The notes below the pieces were generated by a model. That model was not told the DNA's origin and made no database searches. It saw nothing but the letters and a program-made list of their open reading frames with translations. Of a stretch of 64,000 nucleotides of DNA, positions 28,186 through 38,808 are shown one piece after another; the stretch's first letter is position 1; the number at the start of each line of letters is the position of its first letter. Location: NCBI GenBank assembly GCA_013334765.1, contig JAAXWW010000001.1:108589-172588 (forward strand), given 5' to 3'. The stretch comes from Candidatus Moraniibacteriota bacterium (GTDB taxonomy: Bacteria; Patescibacteriota; Minisyncoccia; Moranbacterales; UBA2206). The translations under genes were made by a program, and so were the position numbers.

Positions 28186-28404
28186 ATGCTTACACCTAAG
28201 AGGCGGGCACTCAAGGCTTATGGAATCCAGTTCAAGCGCATCTTCGCTTTGCGCGGCAAAGTCGATTATGCAGAAGAGCCTATAGCATCCCTGATAAGGA
28301 AGTGCTTAGAGACTGGCGTTACTTGGGAAGAAATGCATTTGCTGGAAGACAAGATTATGAGCGAATGCCAACAGGGCATAAGCGGATCTCTTGCAACTGC
28401 CTAG
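28186..28404 (+). CDS. Small hypothetical protein (orphan cassette)
   Basis: 72 aa, SD AAGGAG, hairpin at 28431-28472. Confidence 0.5.
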   Translation: MLTPKRRALKAYGIQFKRIFALRGKVDYAEEPIASLIRKCLETGVTWEEMHLLEDKIMSECQQGISGSLATA

Positions 28405-28479
28405 GTTTCCAGGCATGAAGCGCTTTTTAAAAACCCCGGGAACGCTATCGCGCGTTTCCGGGGTTGATTTTTTCTTGGT

Positions 28480-29409
28480 CTATCCTAGGAATTCCTTAGC
28501 TTCTTTTTCTATGTCAGCATAATCATTCAGCCATAATATCCTCCTGTCTTTCTTGAACCAGGTCATCTGCCTCTTGGCATAATCCTTTTCCGATTGATAG
28601 GTCTTTTCGAACGCTTCGTCTTTTGAAATGCGTCCTTTGAAATATTGGGTTATCCAATAATATCCGAGACCGATTTCTTCCAGTCTTTTCCAGGATACGC
28701 CGCCTTCTAAATGCAGCTTCCCGACTTCCTCGACCATGCCGTTGTCGAATCTTTGCTTGAGCCTTATCCTGATCCTTTCATCAAGAACCTCTTTGGGATG
28801 CGTTATGCCTATCTGGAGGAACTCATAGGATGACTTTTCATTCCCAGTATTGATTGCCGGGACTTTTCCGATAGCTTTGCAGATCTCGATAGCCCGTATG
28901 AGGCGGACCTTGTTTTTGGCATCTATGCTGCTGGCCCGTTCCGGATCGATTTTTTTGAGCTCTTCGAATAATTCAGCGGCGGATTTTTCCGATAGCTTTT
29001 CCCGCAGTTTTGGGTCTGGCTTCACTTCCGGAAATATGGCATTGTCCACGACCGCCTTGATCCAGAAACCGGTTCCGCCGCAGATGATGGGCAGTTTTCC
29101 GCGCTTCAGCATATCCTTGATGATTTTCCCGGTTTTTCTTTTGAACTGGGCGGCGCTCCAGGAGGTCTTCGGACTCAGGATGTCTATCAGGTGATGCGGG
29201 ACATCTTCTGAAATGAAGGTTTTGCTATCCTCATTCCATATCCCAACAACTTTTCCCGTGCCGACATCCATCCCGCGATAGATCTGGCGCGAATCGGCGC
29301 TGATCACTTCACCATCGAATTTCTTCGCTAGGCGAATAGCCGCATCCGATTTTCCTGATGAGGTCGGTCCTAGGATGACGATTATTTTATTGAAATTTTT
29401 CATTGGCAT
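28480..29409 (-). CDS. miaA: tRNA dimethylallyltransferase
   Basis: GPTSSGKS, SADSRQIYRGMDVGTGK, GGTGFW, YAKRQMTWF. Confidence 0.96.
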   Translation of the reverse strand: MPMKNFNKIIVILGPTSSGKSDAAIRLAKKFDGEVISADSRQIYRGMDVGTGKVVGIWNEDSKTFISEDVPHHLIDILSPKTSWSAAQFKRKTGKIIKDMLKRGKLPIICGGTGFWIKAVVDNAIFPEVKPDPKLREKLSEKSAAELFEELKKIDPERASSIDAKNKVRLIRAIEICKAIGKVPAINTGNEKSSYEFLQIGITHPKEVLDERIRIRLKQRFDNGMVEEVGKLHLEGGVSWKRLEEIGLGYYWITQYFKGRISKDEAFEKTYQSEKDYAKRQMTWFKKDRRILWLNDYADIEKEAKEFLG

Positions 29410-29414
29410 TATGA

Positions 29415-29577
29415 TGTCATCTCGAGCGGAGCATGGCTATTTCGTAGAAATGATCATGCGAAGTCGAGAGATCTGGTTGTGAAATATTCACTAGGTAGAT
29501 TATTGCCAGATTCCTATGCTACCGCTGAAGCTAAGGCGACACGCGGTCGACTTCGCTACGCTTCGCTCGGAATGACA
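29415..29577. repeat. Composite palindromic repeat, copy 2
   Basis: tgtcatctcgagcg...agtcgagagatctg...ggtcgacttcgct..cgcttcgctcggaatgaca. Confidence 0.8.
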
Positions 29578-29585
29578 TAAGAAAG

Positions 29586-30869
29586 CTATTTTGTAATAGT
29601 ACCCTCCAGATTCCAGCAATTTGCTTTTACAATTTTCAGTTCTACTAATTTTCCGACTAAGCCTTTTTTATCGCTTTCGAATCTGACATGTTTTCCGGTA
29701 CGGGTCCGGGCGAAATAAATAGCATCATCTTCTTTTCTATCCACTAGAACCTCCATCATTTTCCCGACATATTTCCTGTTGTTGGCAGCCGCGGTTTCTT
29801 TGAGGATTTCATTCAGTGAATTCTCTCGGTATGCCTTTTCTTTTTTGGAAACGTTGTCTTTCATTTTCCACGCGACGGTGCCGGGGCGCGGGGAGAATTG
29901 TCCGAAATATACCATGTCATATTTGACCTTTTTCATGACTTCGGCGGAATCGGCAAATTGCTTCCTGGTTTCTCCCGGGAAGCCGACGATTATGTCGGAG
30001 GTGATGGAATAGGGCGTACCTGGTTTGTATTTCTTGAAGGCCGCCTTTATTTTCTTTGCGAGTGCCAAATATTGTTTCCGGGTATATTTCCTGTTCATCC
30101 TTTCCAGTATCTCGTCATTTCCAGCTTGCAGAGGGAGATGGATCAGTTCCGAGATCTTTTTCGATTTGGCGATGGTTTCGATGAGTTCGTCGGAATAATC
30201 CTTGGGATGGGCGGACATGAAAGACAGCCAGAATTTCCCGGGAATTTTTTCGATATCTTTCAGAAGCTTCGGGAAATCAGTATTTCCGAAATTATATGAG
30301 TTTACGTTCTGACCCAAGAGGATTATTTCTTTGTATCCCTGCCTGATAAGATTCCTGATTTCCTGGATTATATCTTCTGGATCCCTGGAAATCTCACGGC
30401 CTCTGGCATAGGGGACGACGCAATAGGAACAGAAATTGTCGCAGCCGGTCATGATAGGGACGGAAGCGGTGAAGGCGCTTGAATAGGCAGGCGTTATTTT
30501 CAGATAGTCGCTCCCATTGCTTTCTTGGCTGTTCTTCGCACCTATCAATCTTCCTAGTTCTTCAGGGAAGTCTTTTATTTCCAGGAACAGGTCGACTTTG
30601 TCACGGAGCCTTCTTTGGACATCTTTCCGGTTGGCTAGGCAACCGGTGAGGACTATCTTTTTATCCGGATAGGATTCTTTCAAATTGTGGATCTGGCCAT
30701 AAACCCGGTCTTCCGCCATTTGGCGCACTCCGCAAGTGTTGAAAATGACTAAAGAGGCATTTTTTACGTCTAGCGCGGCGCTGAAACCATGCATCTCTAA
30801 AAACCCGGAAATCCGCTCAGAATCGCTATGGTTCATTTGACAGCCGAATGTTTTGATGTAGTATTCCAT
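29586..30869 (-). CDS. miaB: tRNA methylthiotransferase MiaB
   Basis: TFGCQMNHSDSE, CDNFCSYC radical-SAM motif, TRAM domain; adjacent to miaA. Confidence 0.94.
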   Translation of the reverse strand: MEYYIKTFGCQMNHSDSERISGFLEMHGFSAALDVKNASLVIFNTCGVRQMAEDRVYGQIHNLKESYPDKKIVLTGCLANRKDVQRRLRDKVDLFLEIKDFPEELGRLIGAKNSQESNGSDYLKITPAYSSAFTASVPIMTGCDNFCSYCVVPYARGREISRDPEDIIQEIRNLIRQGYKEIILLGQNVNSYNFGNTDFPKLLKDIEKIPGKFWLSFMSAHPKDYSDELIETIAKSKKISELIHLPLQAGNDEILERMNRKYTRKQYLALAKKIKAAFKKYKPGTPYSITSDIIVGFPGETRKQFADSAEVMKKVKYDMVYFGQFSPRPGTVAWKMKDNVSKKEKAYRENSLNEILKETAAANNRKYVGKMMEVLVDRKEDDAIYFARTRTGKHVRFESDKKGLVGKLVELKIVKANCWNLEGTITK

Positions 30870-30940
30870 TGAACTGGATATGGTTGATAAGTACCTTACA
30901 AGGTATCAAAAATTGATACGATGAACAAGAAGGGGGCACC

Positions 30941-31294
30941 ATGGTTATCCCGCCAACTGGAAAGCATTACGAAAAGCCGCCAGAGGAGCTGAAAAATCCG
31001 AAGATGGGGCTAAGAGAAGTGGAGGACTTCGTCATCTATCTCAGATGCAATGGATCGGTATCCGCCTTCCAGATTGATTTTCGAAATCGCAGATCCGTTA
31101 TCGGTTATGGTCCTGCCACAATCGAAAAAAGCGATGATCCCGAACTTCGGGAAGGTGTGTTGAAATATCTTGACTCTTCAGGAAAGGAGACGTCAGTGAG
31201 CATCGAAGATATCTCAGGCATGTCTGTGCACGACCCGGATTGCAAGTCCGGGGAACATCTTGAAGTTGTCGAGGAAATGCCTGATAACGAGTGA
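30941..31294 (+). CDS. Hypothetical protein (orphan cassette)
   Basis: 117 aa, purine-rich SD, perfect hairpin 31307-31338. Confidence 0.55.
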   Translation: MVIPPTGKHYEKPPEELKNPKMGLREVEDFVIYLRCNGSVSAFQIDFRNRRSVIGYGPATIEKSDDPELREGVLKYLDSSGKETSVSIEDISGMSVHDPDCKSGEHLEVVEEMPDNE

Positions 31295-31353
31295 TGCTGC
31301 AAACGAGAGGCTGGCGTTCCGTGGAACGCCAGCCTCTGATTATTTCTTGCGCC

Positions 31354-33099
31354 CTATTTTTTGCTTTTTATTTCCTCGCTGATCCTGTTTACAAATCCTT
31401 CGATAGCCAGCGCTTCCTGCTCCTTCACTCCTCGTTTTCTCACGGCAACGGTTCCAGACTCTTTCTCTTTTTCTCCGACGACCAGGATGTATGGGGCTTT
31501 CTGCATCTCTGCTTGGCGGATTTTTTTACCGAGCGATTCATCGGAATCATCTATCTCGGCTCTTGCGCCGGACTGAGTCAAGCTGTCTTTGACGGTTTTA
31601 GCATAATCAATGAATTTCTCGCTGACCGGAAGGATAGACACTTGGATGGGGGAGAGCCAAGCCGGGAACGCTCCGGCGTAGTGTTCAATGAGTATTCCCA
31701 TGAACCTTTCGAATGATCCCATAATAGTCCTATGTATCAGGACAGGGGTTTTTTCTTTCCCGTCATTGTCGATATACCGGCAATCGAATTTTAGCGGCAT
31801 CTGGAAGTCGAGCTGGACAGTAGCGCATTGCCATGTTCTTCCAATAGCATCCTTAAGTTGGAAGTCTATCTTTGGTCCATAGAATGCTCCGTCTTTTTCC
31901 TTGAGTCCATAATTGTCTCCATACAGTTCTCCAAGGATTTTCCTGAGGTCATCCTCGGCTTTTTCCCACACCGAAGCCTCTCCCATGAAATCATCCGGAC
32001 GAGTTGAAAGATATGCTTTATATTCGAGCCCGAACGGCTTATATATCTTATCAATCAATCTGATAACATTCTTTATCTCTTCCTCGATCTGTCCTTCGCT
32101 TATGAATATGTGGGCGTCATCCTGGACAAATTGCTGAACCCTTAAGAGGCCGCCGAGCTGGCCGGATTTTTCCTTCCTCGTAATCAGTCCCGGTTCAGCA
32201 TAGCGGATCGGCAGATTCCGATAGGATTTCATCGAGTTATTGTATATCATTATAGCTCCTGGACAATCCATGGGACGGAGGGCGAATTGCCGCTCGTTCT
32301 CTTTCGAATCAATGAAATACATATCATCTTTGTAGTGATCCCAATGTCCGGACTGCTTCCAAACCGATACATCCAGCATTGAAGGCGCAAGAACCATATC
32401 ATACCCGAATTCTTCCTGTGATTCTATCCAGAATTTCTTGAGCTCATTATATATGATCATTCCCTTTGGATGGAAAAATGGCATGCCCGGAGCAATATCG
32501 TGGAAAGAAAACAAATCCAGTTCTTTTCCGATTTTCCTGTGATCCCTTTTCTTGGCTTCTTCGATCATCTCGAGATATTCGTCCAGTTCCTTTTTGCTTT
32601 CGAAAACGACGCCATAGATCCTTTGCATCTGCTTGTTTTTCTCGTCAGCCTTCCAATAGGCGCCGGAAATCTTTGTGAGCTTGATGGCGTCCTTTTTTAT
32701 TTCTCCGGTCGAATCAAGATGGGGACCGGAGCAGAGGTCGACGAATGGCCCGGATTTATAGACGGATATTTTGGCTCCTTCTTTTTCAAGTTCGCCTATC
32801 AGTTCCAGCTTATAGTCCTGGCCGAGTTCCTGGAAATCTTTCCTGGCTTCCTGGGCTGAAATCTCGGCACGCTCGAAAGAATAGTCCTTGTCGATTATTT
32901 CCCGCATCTTGCCTTCCAGGATTTCCAGATCTTCCGGGATGAGGGTTCTCGGCAGGTCGAAGTCATAATAGAAGCCGTTTTCGATAGCAGGCCCGGTTCC
33001 GAATTTGGCTTCGGGAAACATTTCAAGGACAGCCGCCGCCAGGACATGGGCGGCGGAGTGACGGAGGATTTCAAGACGATCGGTTTTTTGCGTATTCAT
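31354..33099 (-). CDS. thrS: Threonyl-tRNA synthetase
   Basis: LRHSAAHVL, DLCSGPH, RDHRKIG, PMDCP, GAFYGPKID. Confidence 0.97.
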   Translation of the reverse strand: MNTQKTDRLEILRHSAAHVLAAAVLEMFPEAKFGTGPAIENGFYYDFDLPRTLIPEDLEILEGKMREIIDKDYSFERAEISAQEARKDFQELGQDYKLELIGELEKEGAKISVYKSGPFVDLCSGPHLDSTGEIKKDAIKLTKISGAYWKADEKNKQMQRIYGVVFESKKELDEYLEMIEEAKKRDHRKIGKELDLFSFHDIAPGMPFFHPKGMIIYNELKKFWIESQEEFGYDMVLAPSMLDVSVWKQSGHWDHYKDDMYFIDSKENERQFALRPMDCPGAIMIYNNSMKSYRNLPIRYAEPGLITRKEKSGQLGGLLRVQQFVQDDAHIFISEGQIEEEIKNVIRLIDKIYKPFGLEYKAYLSTRPDDFMGEASVWEKAEDDLRKILGELYGDNYGLKEKDGAFYGPKIDFQLKDAIGRTWQCATVQLDFQMPLKFDCRYIDNDGKEKTPVLIHRTIMGSFERFMGILIEHYAGAFPAWLSPIQVSILPVSEKFIDYAKTVKDSLTQSGARAEIDDSDESLGKKIRQAEMQKAPYILVVGEKEKESGTVAVRKRGVKEQEALAIEGFVNRISEEIKSKK

Positions 33100-33129
33100 A
33101 TTGGTTGAGATTATGGTTTATTGAAATAA

Positions 33130-33305
33130 AAAATGCCCTAATAACACGGAAGAAACTTGATGTTTCCATATCGAGGTCCAGCTTTCATACTGGACGGTTC
33201 CACTCGATTTCCCTGTATTATTCGGGCGCTTTCTTTGATCCTCTCGCGGATCGGGACGGAAGCTCAGCAGGTGGTGGGGCTGCGTCAAGGCTTCATTCGG
33301 TTTTC
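33130..33305 (-). promoter_or_regulatory. T-box riboswitch leader of thrS (short Stem I)
   Basis: Minus strand: TCGAG-TGGAACC-GTCCAG..CTGGAC-CTCGA antiterminator; GCAG-CCCC-ACC-AC-CTGC loop with Thr codon. Confidence 0.75.
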
Positions 33306-33503
33306 TAGTTGCTATTATACATTATTGATATGGATAAGTCAATTTGACATCGCATTCTGTTTTTGCTTATATAAGGTCAGTGTTTTAAAGTTCTTTTATT
33401 AATTTGAACGGAGGATAATGTCATGTATTAGCTGTCTTGGAAGAACGGCGTGTTGTTGGGTAATGACAAATTAAACCGAAGTGAGAAAGAGCGAGGTTGA
33501 GTC

Positions 33504-34109
33504 ATGCGAAAAATGCTCATGCCCCTCTTCGCCGCGATGGCCGTCATGCTGCTGCTTTGTAGCATGGCCATCGCTGCTCCGCCGCAAGTTGCGGGCGGAG
33601 CCGGAGCCATGGCCGTGCATGCCACTCCCCAATTGGGCGGTGGTGGCAGCAATGCTCTTCAGCCCGACTACAAAACGCTTGCCTGCATCGACTGCAGGTC
33701 CGATTCGCTCGGGGGCATTTACAAGGGCGAAACTACCCTGACCATGGCTGAGCCGTTCGGCACCCACACCAAGCCGTTGACGACAGCCAAGTTGTACGAC
33801 ACCGACAAGCTCGCCGCATCCGCGCAACAAGGCGTACCCGCCGCCATCGCCCGGACCGTGACCACCTTCGATACCGCAAGGCCCCCTTTCCTGGGCGCCT
33901 CGAAACATGACCCCGGCGTTGCGGAGGTCGCTCCGCTCAAGATGCCGGGCCGCGTTGCCTCCGTCATCGTACCTGGTCTTCACCATCAGCAGCCGCAAGC
34001 CCTGGCCGTAACGACCATCGAGGTGGCGCACTGCGACATCTTGCCGCAGTCGGCCCCCATGTCTATCGTGGGCTTCAACGGCAGCGCGGACGGTCACTTC
34101 GTTACCTAG
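33504..34109 (+). CDS. Secreted hypothetical protein, GC-rich
   Basis: Signal peptide MRKMLMPLFAAMAVMLLLCSMAIA; visibly higher GC than flanks; terminator 34166-34202. Confidence 0.6.
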   Translation: MRKMLMPLFAAMAVMLLLCSMAIAAPPQVAGGAGAMAVHATPQLGGGGSNALQPDYKTLACIDCRSDSLGGIYKGETTLTMAEPFGTHTKPLTTAKLYDTDKLAASAQQGVPAAIARTVTTFDTARPPFLGASKHDPGVAEVAPLKMPGRVASVIVPGLHHQQPQALAVTTIEVAHCDILPQSAPMSIVGFNGSADGHFVT

Positions 34110-34260
34110 GCACCACATCGCCAGGGCAAGTGACTGTAGGAGCAACTGCTCTAACTCTCTCCCTTGGAGAGGATAATCTCGCTGATTATCCTCTCCTTTT
34201 TTATTGCTTCGATTCGCATGATATAATGAATGCACTAAACAAAATTCATTTCAAAAAAAT

Positions 34261-35049
34261 ATGGAACAGGAAACAAATCAGAGCGAGGAAAAAAATTGGA
34301 AGAAATACAAGATCGCAATCAGGTTTTTCGGCATGCTGATTCTGGGCGCGATAGTCATCGTTTCCATCCTGCGCGAGAGGATCGTCAATCCGCCGCAGAA
34401 CAGGGTGACGGTTGCCGGCGAGGGGAGGGTGGAATATTCTCCCGATCAGGCGACCATAACTCTCGGCGTTCAGGTCTTCAAGGCTCCGACAGCGCAGGAT
34501 GCCTTGAATCAGCTCAACGACAAGATGAAAAGCGTCACTTCTTCAATAAGGAGCGCCGGAGTGGACGACAAGGATATCAAGACCGATACGTATTCGTTGA
34601 GCCCGCAATACGATTATGCTGACGGGACAAGCACCGTTTCCGGATATAACGCCAATCAGAATCTTGAAATCAAAGCCAAAGATATCAAGAAGAACAGCGC
34701 GCTTGTCGCGAGCATCATCCAGGCCGCTTCATCCCAGGGGGTGAACCGGGTACTAGGCGTTGATTTCGATACGTCTGATCTGGAAAGCTTCAAGCAAGAG
34801 GCGAGAGTGAAAGCTATCGAAGATGCCAAGAAGAAAGCGGATGAGCTTTTCAAGTCAGCCGGAATGCGGGAAGGAAAAGTCGTCGGGTGGCATGAGAATT
34901 CAGTGAACATTCCATGGACATATGGCAGGAATTATGATGCGATGGGCGGATCTCTTACGGATTCGGCTAAGGCGGTATCAGTTCCGGAAGTGCCATCAGG
35001 AACCCAAGAAGTGGTCGTCGAAGTCGGCGTGGATTATGCCGCGAACTAG
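34261..35049 (+). CDS. SIMPL domain (DUF541) protein
   Basis: VTVAGEGRVEYSPDQATITLGV, SLSPQYDY, AIEDAKKKA. Confidence 0.92.
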   Translation: MEQETNQSEEKNWKKYKIAIRFFGMLILGAIVIVSILRERIVNPPQNRVTVAGEGRVEYSPDQATITLGVQVFKAPTAQDALNQLNDKMKSVTSSIRSAGVDDKDIKTDTYSLSPQYDYADGTSTVSGYNANQNLEIKAKDIKKNSALVASIIQAASSQGVNRVLGVDFDTSDLESFKQEARVKAIEDAKKKADELFKSAGMREGKVVGWHENSVNIPWTYGRNYDAMGGSLTDSAKAVSVPEVPSGTQEVVVEVGVDYAAN

Positions 35050-35117
35050 ATATATATGAAATCGAAAATAAGAAGCGATACGCAAGTATCGCTTTTTTTG
35101 ATTATGATATGGATATC

Positions 35118-35290
35118 GTCATCCTGAGCGGAATGACGAAACGATAGCGGAGGAATGAAGTCGAAGGATCTAGCAATGAAAATTTCTATGATTGTATATG
35201 AGGGAAGATTTCTGTGCCGCCGCTAAAGCTTTGGCGACACGCGGTCGACTTCGCTTCCTGCCTGCTGGCAGACGCTTCGCTCAAAATGAC
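35118..35290. repeat. Composite palindromic repeat, copy 3
   Basis: gtcatcctgagcg...agtcgaaggatct...ggtcgacttcgct..cgcttcgctcaaaatgac. Confidence 0.78.
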
Positions 35291-35295
35291 ATTTT

Positions 35296-38200
35296 TTATG
35301 CACTGACTTTGACTTTCACCTCAGGCGCTATCAAGCTCAATTCCTCTTCGATTTTTTCGGAAAGGGCTATGGAATAATTGGTCTTCACTTTCTTGCCGCT
35401 TATCCATAGGTATATTTTCACGTCTCCCTTTTCGCAGTTGGCGAAATAGTCTGAAAGGCTCTTGATGGCAGAGGGATCGATGCTTGCCGGGAGGACCACT
35501 TCCGCGGAGGCTTCCGGCGCTTCCGATTTCGGAACGAAAGCGTCGCCGTTAGCTTTCCTGGTTTCCAGGATGCGGCGGAACCTTTCGACTTCCTGATTGT
35601 TGACCGCGCTGGCGCTGTCGACCAGGAATTTCGCGCTTCCGTCCTTGTCGGATATCTTTCCTGACGCGAGGATTATCTTGTCTTCCACCCAAAGGGAAGC
35701 TGATTCTTCAAGGATCTTGGGGAAAACGATGAACTCTATGGATGACTCCGTGTCTTCTATGGTCACGAACATCATGGCTTTGCCGGTTTTAAGATATATT
35801 TTCTTGGTCTTGGTTATGATGCCTCCGAGATTGACGCTCTTTCCAGCGAGATGGCTGCCGATATTCCTGAGCGGAACGGCCATATGCTCGAAATATTCCT
35901 TGTATTCATGCATGGGGTGATCGCTGATGTATAGTCCCATGAGTTCCTTTTCCCAGGCGAGGCGCTGTTTTTTGTCAGCAGGAATGGCCGCGACCAGCTG
36001 GATTTCCGGCAAGGTAGCCTCGATGTCGCCGAAAAGGCTTATCTGGGCTGAGTTCCTGACATTATTAAAGTTCTTGATGTGGGTGATGATGTTTTCGACG
36101 GATTGGATTATCTGGTTCCTTTCTCCCATCATATCGAGCGCTCCGACTTTCGCCAGCGCCTCGATGGATTTCTTGTTCAAATCTTTCGTGTCGACTCTTT
36201 CCGCCAGGTCGCGCAGGCTTTTGAATTTCCCGTTCCTCTTCCTTTCCTCAACGATTTCATGCGCGACCGTGCGGCCGACATTCTTGATGGCATTCAGTCC
36301 GAACCTGATCTTGTTCCGCCGGCTGGCGGATTCCTCCTCGCCTTTTATGACCGCGAATTCCTCGAAGCTCTCATTCACGTCGGGTGGAAGGACTTCGATG
36401 CCCATTTCACGGCATTCCGAAACCTCGATTGCCACGCGATCGATATCGTCCTGATCGGAAGTGAGAAGGGCTGCCATGAATTCGGCAGGGAAATGAGCTT
36501 TGAGATAGGCGGTCTGATAGCCGATAAGGCCATAGCAGGCGGCATGCGAACGGTTGAATCCGTATCCGGCGAAAGGTTCGATATATGCGAAGACTTCTTC
36601 TGCCACTTTCTTGGTGATGCCGTTGGCGACGCATCCCTCGACGAATTTTATCTTCTGCTCCTTGATGAGATCGAAAATCTTCTTGCCGACCGCTTTCCTG
36701 AGAACGTCAGCTTCGCCGAGCGTGAATCCGGCAAGCGCCTGAGCGATCTGCATGATCTGCTCCTGATATACTGCTACGCCATAGGTTTTCCCCAGGATCG
36801 ATTCCAGTTTCGGATGGAGATAGGTTATTTTCTTTTCGCCGTGCTTCCTGGCAATAAAGTCTGGAATCCAATCCATCGGACCCGGGCGATAGAGGGCGAC
36901 CATAGCGATGACATCTTCAAGGTCGTTGGGTTTCAAGAGTTTCAGATATCTTTTCATGCCGGAACTTTCAAGCTGGAACACTCCGGTGGTCTGTGCTTTC
37001 TGAAGAAGCTCGAAAGCCTTCTCATCATCAAGAGGTATCTTGTCTATATCAACGTCTATGCCTTTCGTTTTCTTGACTATTCGGAGGGTGTTCTGGATGA
37101 TGGTGAGATTCTTGAGTCCCAAAAAGTCCATTTTGAGAAGGCCGATCTTTTCCACGAAACTGGATTTGGTCGATGAGGAATATTGTGTCACGCAGCCTTC
37201 CCCTTTGCCTTGGATTTTCTGAAGAGGAGAATATTCCGTGACGGGTTCCGGCGTGATGACTACTCCGCAAGCATGCATGCCGGCATGGCGCACCACTCCT
37301 TCGAGCCGCTTGGCGCTGTCGATCAGCTTCTTGGCATCGGGACCGCTGTCGTAGAGGTCTTTGAATTCCTTCACTTCTTCCAATGCTTTCGAGATGGAAG
37401 AGAACATCGGGATCATCTGGGAAGTCTTGTTGCAGAAATCATAGGGGAGACCGAGAGCCCGTCCGGTGTCGCGGATGGCAGCGCGGGCTGCCATGGTTCC
37501 GAAGGTGATGATCTGGGCGACATGGTCATTGCCATATCTCCTTCTGACATAATCCAGAACGTCGTCGCGCCTGTCGTCAGCGAAGTCCATATCGACATCG
37601 GGCATGGAGATCCTTTCCGGATTGAGGAACCTTTCGAACAGAAGGTCATACTTGATCGGATCCATGTTGGTGATGCCGACAAGATAGGACACGAAGCTTC
37701 CGGCGGCGCTTCCGCGTCCCGGTCCGGTGACGATGCCGTTGTCCTTGGCCCAGTTCACGAAATCCTGGACGATAAGGAAGTATGACGCATAGCCGGTCTT
37801 CTCGATGACCGAAAGCTCGTATTCCATGCGGTCCCTCTGTTCTTTGGTGATATCCTGGTCGCCGTATCTTTTTATGAGCCCTTCTTCGCACATCTGTCTC
37901 AGGAAGCTCATAGGAGTATGACCATCGGGAACATCGAAATGGGGGAGCTTGGTTTCGCCGAGCTTCAGTTTGAACTCGCAAAGGTCGACTACTTTCTGGG
38001 TATTGGAAAGAACCTCCGGATTATCCGGGAAACCGGCTGCCACTTCCTCCGGGCTCCTGAGAGACAGATTGAAATCCATAAGGTTCATGCGGTTGGTCTC
38101 ATCCACTTTGCGGTTGGTCTGCACGCAAAGGAGGATATCCTGCGCCGATGCGTCTTCCTTGCGGACATAATGGACATCGCAGGTCGCGACTACCAGCAGG

Positions 38201-38808
38201 TCAAGCTCTTTAGCTAGCTTGAAAATTCCTTTATTGGCGATTTTCTGGGGCTCGAAATTGGGATGATCCTGCACTTCCAGAAAGAAGCTGCCTTCATCGA
38301 AAATATCCTTGTATTCCAGTGCAAGATTCTTGGCTTTCTCGTAGTCTCCAGTAATAATGGCGACAGGAATTTCTCCCTCAGCGCACGCGCTCAGTCCCAC
38401 GAGCCCTTTAGCATATTGCCGCAGGACCTTGCGGTCGATGCGCGGCTTGTAATAGAACCCGTCGAGGTGGGCGATGGAAACCAGCTTCATGAGGTTGTGA
38501 TAGCCTTCCTCGTTCTTGACCAGCAGGATGAGATGATGGCGCTTCCTGTCTTCGGCAGTCGGATTCTTGCTGTGAAGGTCGTTGGCGGTTATATACATCT
38601 CGCAACCGATGATCGGCTTGATTCCTTTTTCTTTGGCTTTGATGAAAAGCTCCACTGCGCCATACATGACCCCGTGGTCGGTGAGGGCGATCGAATCCAT
38701 GCCGAGCTCCTTGGCGCGGTCAATAAGGTCGTCGATCTTCCCGAGGCCGTCGAGCAGGGAATAGTGGGAATGGACGTGGAGGTGGGTGTATTTCAATTGT
38801 TCAGGCAT
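35296..38808 (-). CDS. dnaE: DNA polymerase III alpha subunit
   Basis: PHP HLHVHSHYSLLDG, GRGSAAGS, SMPDVDMDF, YGFNRSHA, OB fold. Confidence 0.98.
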   Translation of the reverse strand: MPEQLKYTHLHVHSHYSLLDGLGKIDDLIDRAKELGMDSIALTDHGVMYGAVELFIKAKEKGIKPIIGCEMYITANDLHSKNPTAEDRKRHHLILLVKNEEGYHNLMKLVSIAHLDGFYYKPRIDRKVLRQYAKGLVGLSACAEGEIPVAIITGDYEKAKNLALEYKDIFDEGSFFLEVQDHPNFEPQKIANKGIFKLAKELDLLVVATCDVHYVRKEDASAQDILLCVQTNRKVDETNRMNLMDFNLSLRSPEEVAAGFPDNPEVLSNTQKVVDLCEFKLKLGETKLPHFDVPDGHTPMSFLRQMCEEGLIKRYGDQDITKEQRDRMEYELSVIEKTGYASYFLIVQDFVNWAKDNGIVTGPGRGSAAGSFVSYLVGITNMDPIKYDLLFERFLNPERISMPDVDMDFADDRRDDVLDYVRRRYGNDHVAQIITFGTMAARAAIRDTGRALGLPYDFCNKTSQMIPMFSSISKALEEVKEFKDLYDSGPDAKKLIDSAKRLEGVVRHAGMHACGVVITPEPVTEYSPLQKIQGKGEGCVTQYSSSTKSSFVEKIGLLKMDFLGLKNLTIIQNTLRIVKKTKGIDVDIDKIPLDDEKAFELLQKAQTTGVFQLESSGMKRYLKLLKPNDLEDVIAMVALYRPGPMDWIPDFIARKHGEKKITYLHPKLESILGKTYGVAVYQEQIMQIAQALAGFTLGEADVLRKAVGKKIFDLIKEQKIKFVEGCVANGITKKVAEEVFAYIEPFAGYGFNRSHAACYGLIGYQTAYLKAHFPAEFMAALLTSDQDDIDRVAIEVSECREMGIEVLPPDVNESFEEFAVIKGEEESASRRNKIRFGLNAIKNVGRTVAHEIVEERKRNGKFKSLRDLAERVDTKDLNKKSIEALAKVGALDMMGERNQIIQSVENIITHIKNFNNVRNSAQISLFGDIEATLPEIQLVAAIPADKKQRLAWEKELMGLYISDHPMHEYKEYFEHMAVPLRNIGSHLAGKSVNLGGIITKTKKIYLKTGKAMMFVTIEDTESSIEFIVFPKILEESASLWVEDKIILASGKISDKDGSAKFLVDSASAVNNQEVERFRRILETRKANGDAFVPKSEAPEASAEVVLPASIDPSAIKSLSDYFANCEKGDVKIYLWISGKKVKTNYSIALSEKIEEELSLIAPEVKVKVSA

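Noticed and set aside
35296-38808. Intein or split in dnaE
   Set aside because: Normal length (1170 aa), contiguous motifs, no intein termini seen.
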